A stretch of 64,000 bases of DNA from Thermodesulfobacteriota bacterium (GTDB lineage Bacteria > Desulfobacterota_D > UBA1144 > Nemesobacterales > JAJCZQ01): NCBI GenBank assembly GCA_965203965.1, contig CBDBDR010000017.1, positions 128,001 to 192,000 on the forward strand. Reading direction: 5' to 3'. The translations under genes were made by a program, and so were the position numbers. Positions 63,103-64,000 of the stretch are shown piece by piece (positions within the stretch are counted from its first letter, which is position 1; each line of letters begins with the position of its first letter). The notes beneath the pieces are model-generated. The model was not told the origin of the DNA, made no database searches, and saw nothing but the letters and a program-made list of their open reading frames with translations.

Positions 63103-63396
63103 TCAGATTTCAATTCCTTCTCCAAAACCACTGTCAACGAGTTTGTCAATTTCATTATATGCCTGTTCTGAATCTTCACCATTTGCTATAACTTCAATTT
63201 TAGTCCCTTTTACAGCGGCAAGGGACAGCACGCCCAGTATACTCTTTCCGTTAATGGTGTAACCGTCTTTTCTTATTTTTATATCCGAGTTGAATTTACT
63301 CAGTACCCTTACGAGGTGAGCTGCTGCCCGAGCATGTAGTCCGAGCTTGTTCTTTATCTCAAAAGTTTTTGAAGGAGCGTTCTGCAAGTTGCTCAA
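63103..63396 (-). CDS. ptsH: Phosphocarrier protein HPr
   Basis: NKLGLHARAA (His15), GKSILGVLSL (Ser46). Confidence 0.94.
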   Translation of the reverse strand: MSNLQNAPSKTFEIKNKLGLHARAAAHLVRVLSKFNSDIKIRKDGYTINGKSILGVLSLAAVKGTKIEVIANGEDSEQAYNEIDKLVDSGFGEGIEI

Positions 63397-63422
63397 TCCT
63401 CCAACATGATATAGTATGCCAT

Positions 63423-63998
63423 TTACCTTAAAAGTAAACTGGTATTTACCTGTTTGTTCAAAACCAAACCTTTCTCATAAACTATTTTAAGCTTATTTGA
63501 CAAGTAGCTTAGTTTGATCTTTCTTGGGAAAAACAGGTTGTTTGTGACCGTGTAATCCGAATACTCAATGCGTAAATTGTTATCATCAATTTCTATATCA
63601 GCAGTCTTTATGCACTTGTTGATGGGGTCAATGTGTAACACGGTCTCAGTGCCGATAGAGTTTATGTATTTAACGATTAGAAAGTTGCCCTTACTAATGA
63701 ACGGATCATGATCCGAGCCCCAAAGTCCAAACGGGACTTTTCCGAATAAGATATCAATCATTTCTCTCATTTTGATCGTTGAGGAGATACCCGGATAAAA
63801 ATACGAGAGGTTAAAGTTTTGAGCGTCTTCAAATACAGTCTGCTTATTGCGCGTTCTGAATAAGATCTTTTTCCCGTCTGAAGTCAATGCTGCGACACTG
63901 TATCCCAAAATGGCAAGTGCTTCAATATGGAAGGCGTAGTTTTGTCCCAGTATGGTTACCTGTTTTATAGAAATATTATCAGAATTATTTATAGCTCT
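63423..63998 (-). CDS. Partial (5'-truncated) LolB/DUF4292-like protein
   Basis: Frame stays open to the window edge; IEYSDY...FPRKIKL pattern of LolA/LolB-fold proteins. Confidence 0.5.
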   Translation of the reverse strand, partial: RAINNSDNISIKQVTILGQNYAFHIEALAILGYSVAALTSDGKKILFRTRNKQTVFEDAQNFNLSYFYPGISSTIKMREMIDILFGKVPFGLWGSDHDPFISKGNFLIVKYINSIGTETVLHIDPINKCIKTADIEIDDNNLRIEYSDYTVTNNLFFPRKIKLSYLSNKLKIVYEKGLVLNKQVNTSLLLR

Positions 63999-64000
63999 TA

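Overview
A 64 kb, AT-rich, gene-dense bacterial chromosomal segment made mostly of housekeeping genes. The gene content and order (ftsH-folP-cdaA-cdaR-glmM-pdxJ-acpS; nnr-tsaE-lysC-cimA; xerD-S2P-scpA-scpB; futalosine mqnC; TonB-dependent receptor) suggest a diderm of the broad deltaproteobacterial/Desulfobacterota radiation, possibly Ca. Dadabacteria; this is inference only. Two accessory patches stand out. (1) A Type III restriction-modification cassette (mod-res) at the 3' end of tRNA-Ser(GGA), led by an internally deleted XRE controller-like gene and a palindromic operator. (2) A purine-rich island between pgeF and argG carrying secreted beta-propeller genes, each followed by the same 23-bp direct repeat. 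Other observations worth checking: hflX appears to start at a non-canonical ATA codon; lysC is split by a -1 frameshift at tandem slippery heptamers and has an internal beta-subunit start; the N-terminal third of MetK looks thaumarchaeal-like, suggesting a chimera; there is a DnaD-like/DnaC-like gene pair, an uncalled leaderless 38-aa membrane protein, and a possible dual-start msrA. No CRISPR array, rRNA, intact transposase or prophage was seen. All family calls come from motif recognition, not database searches.
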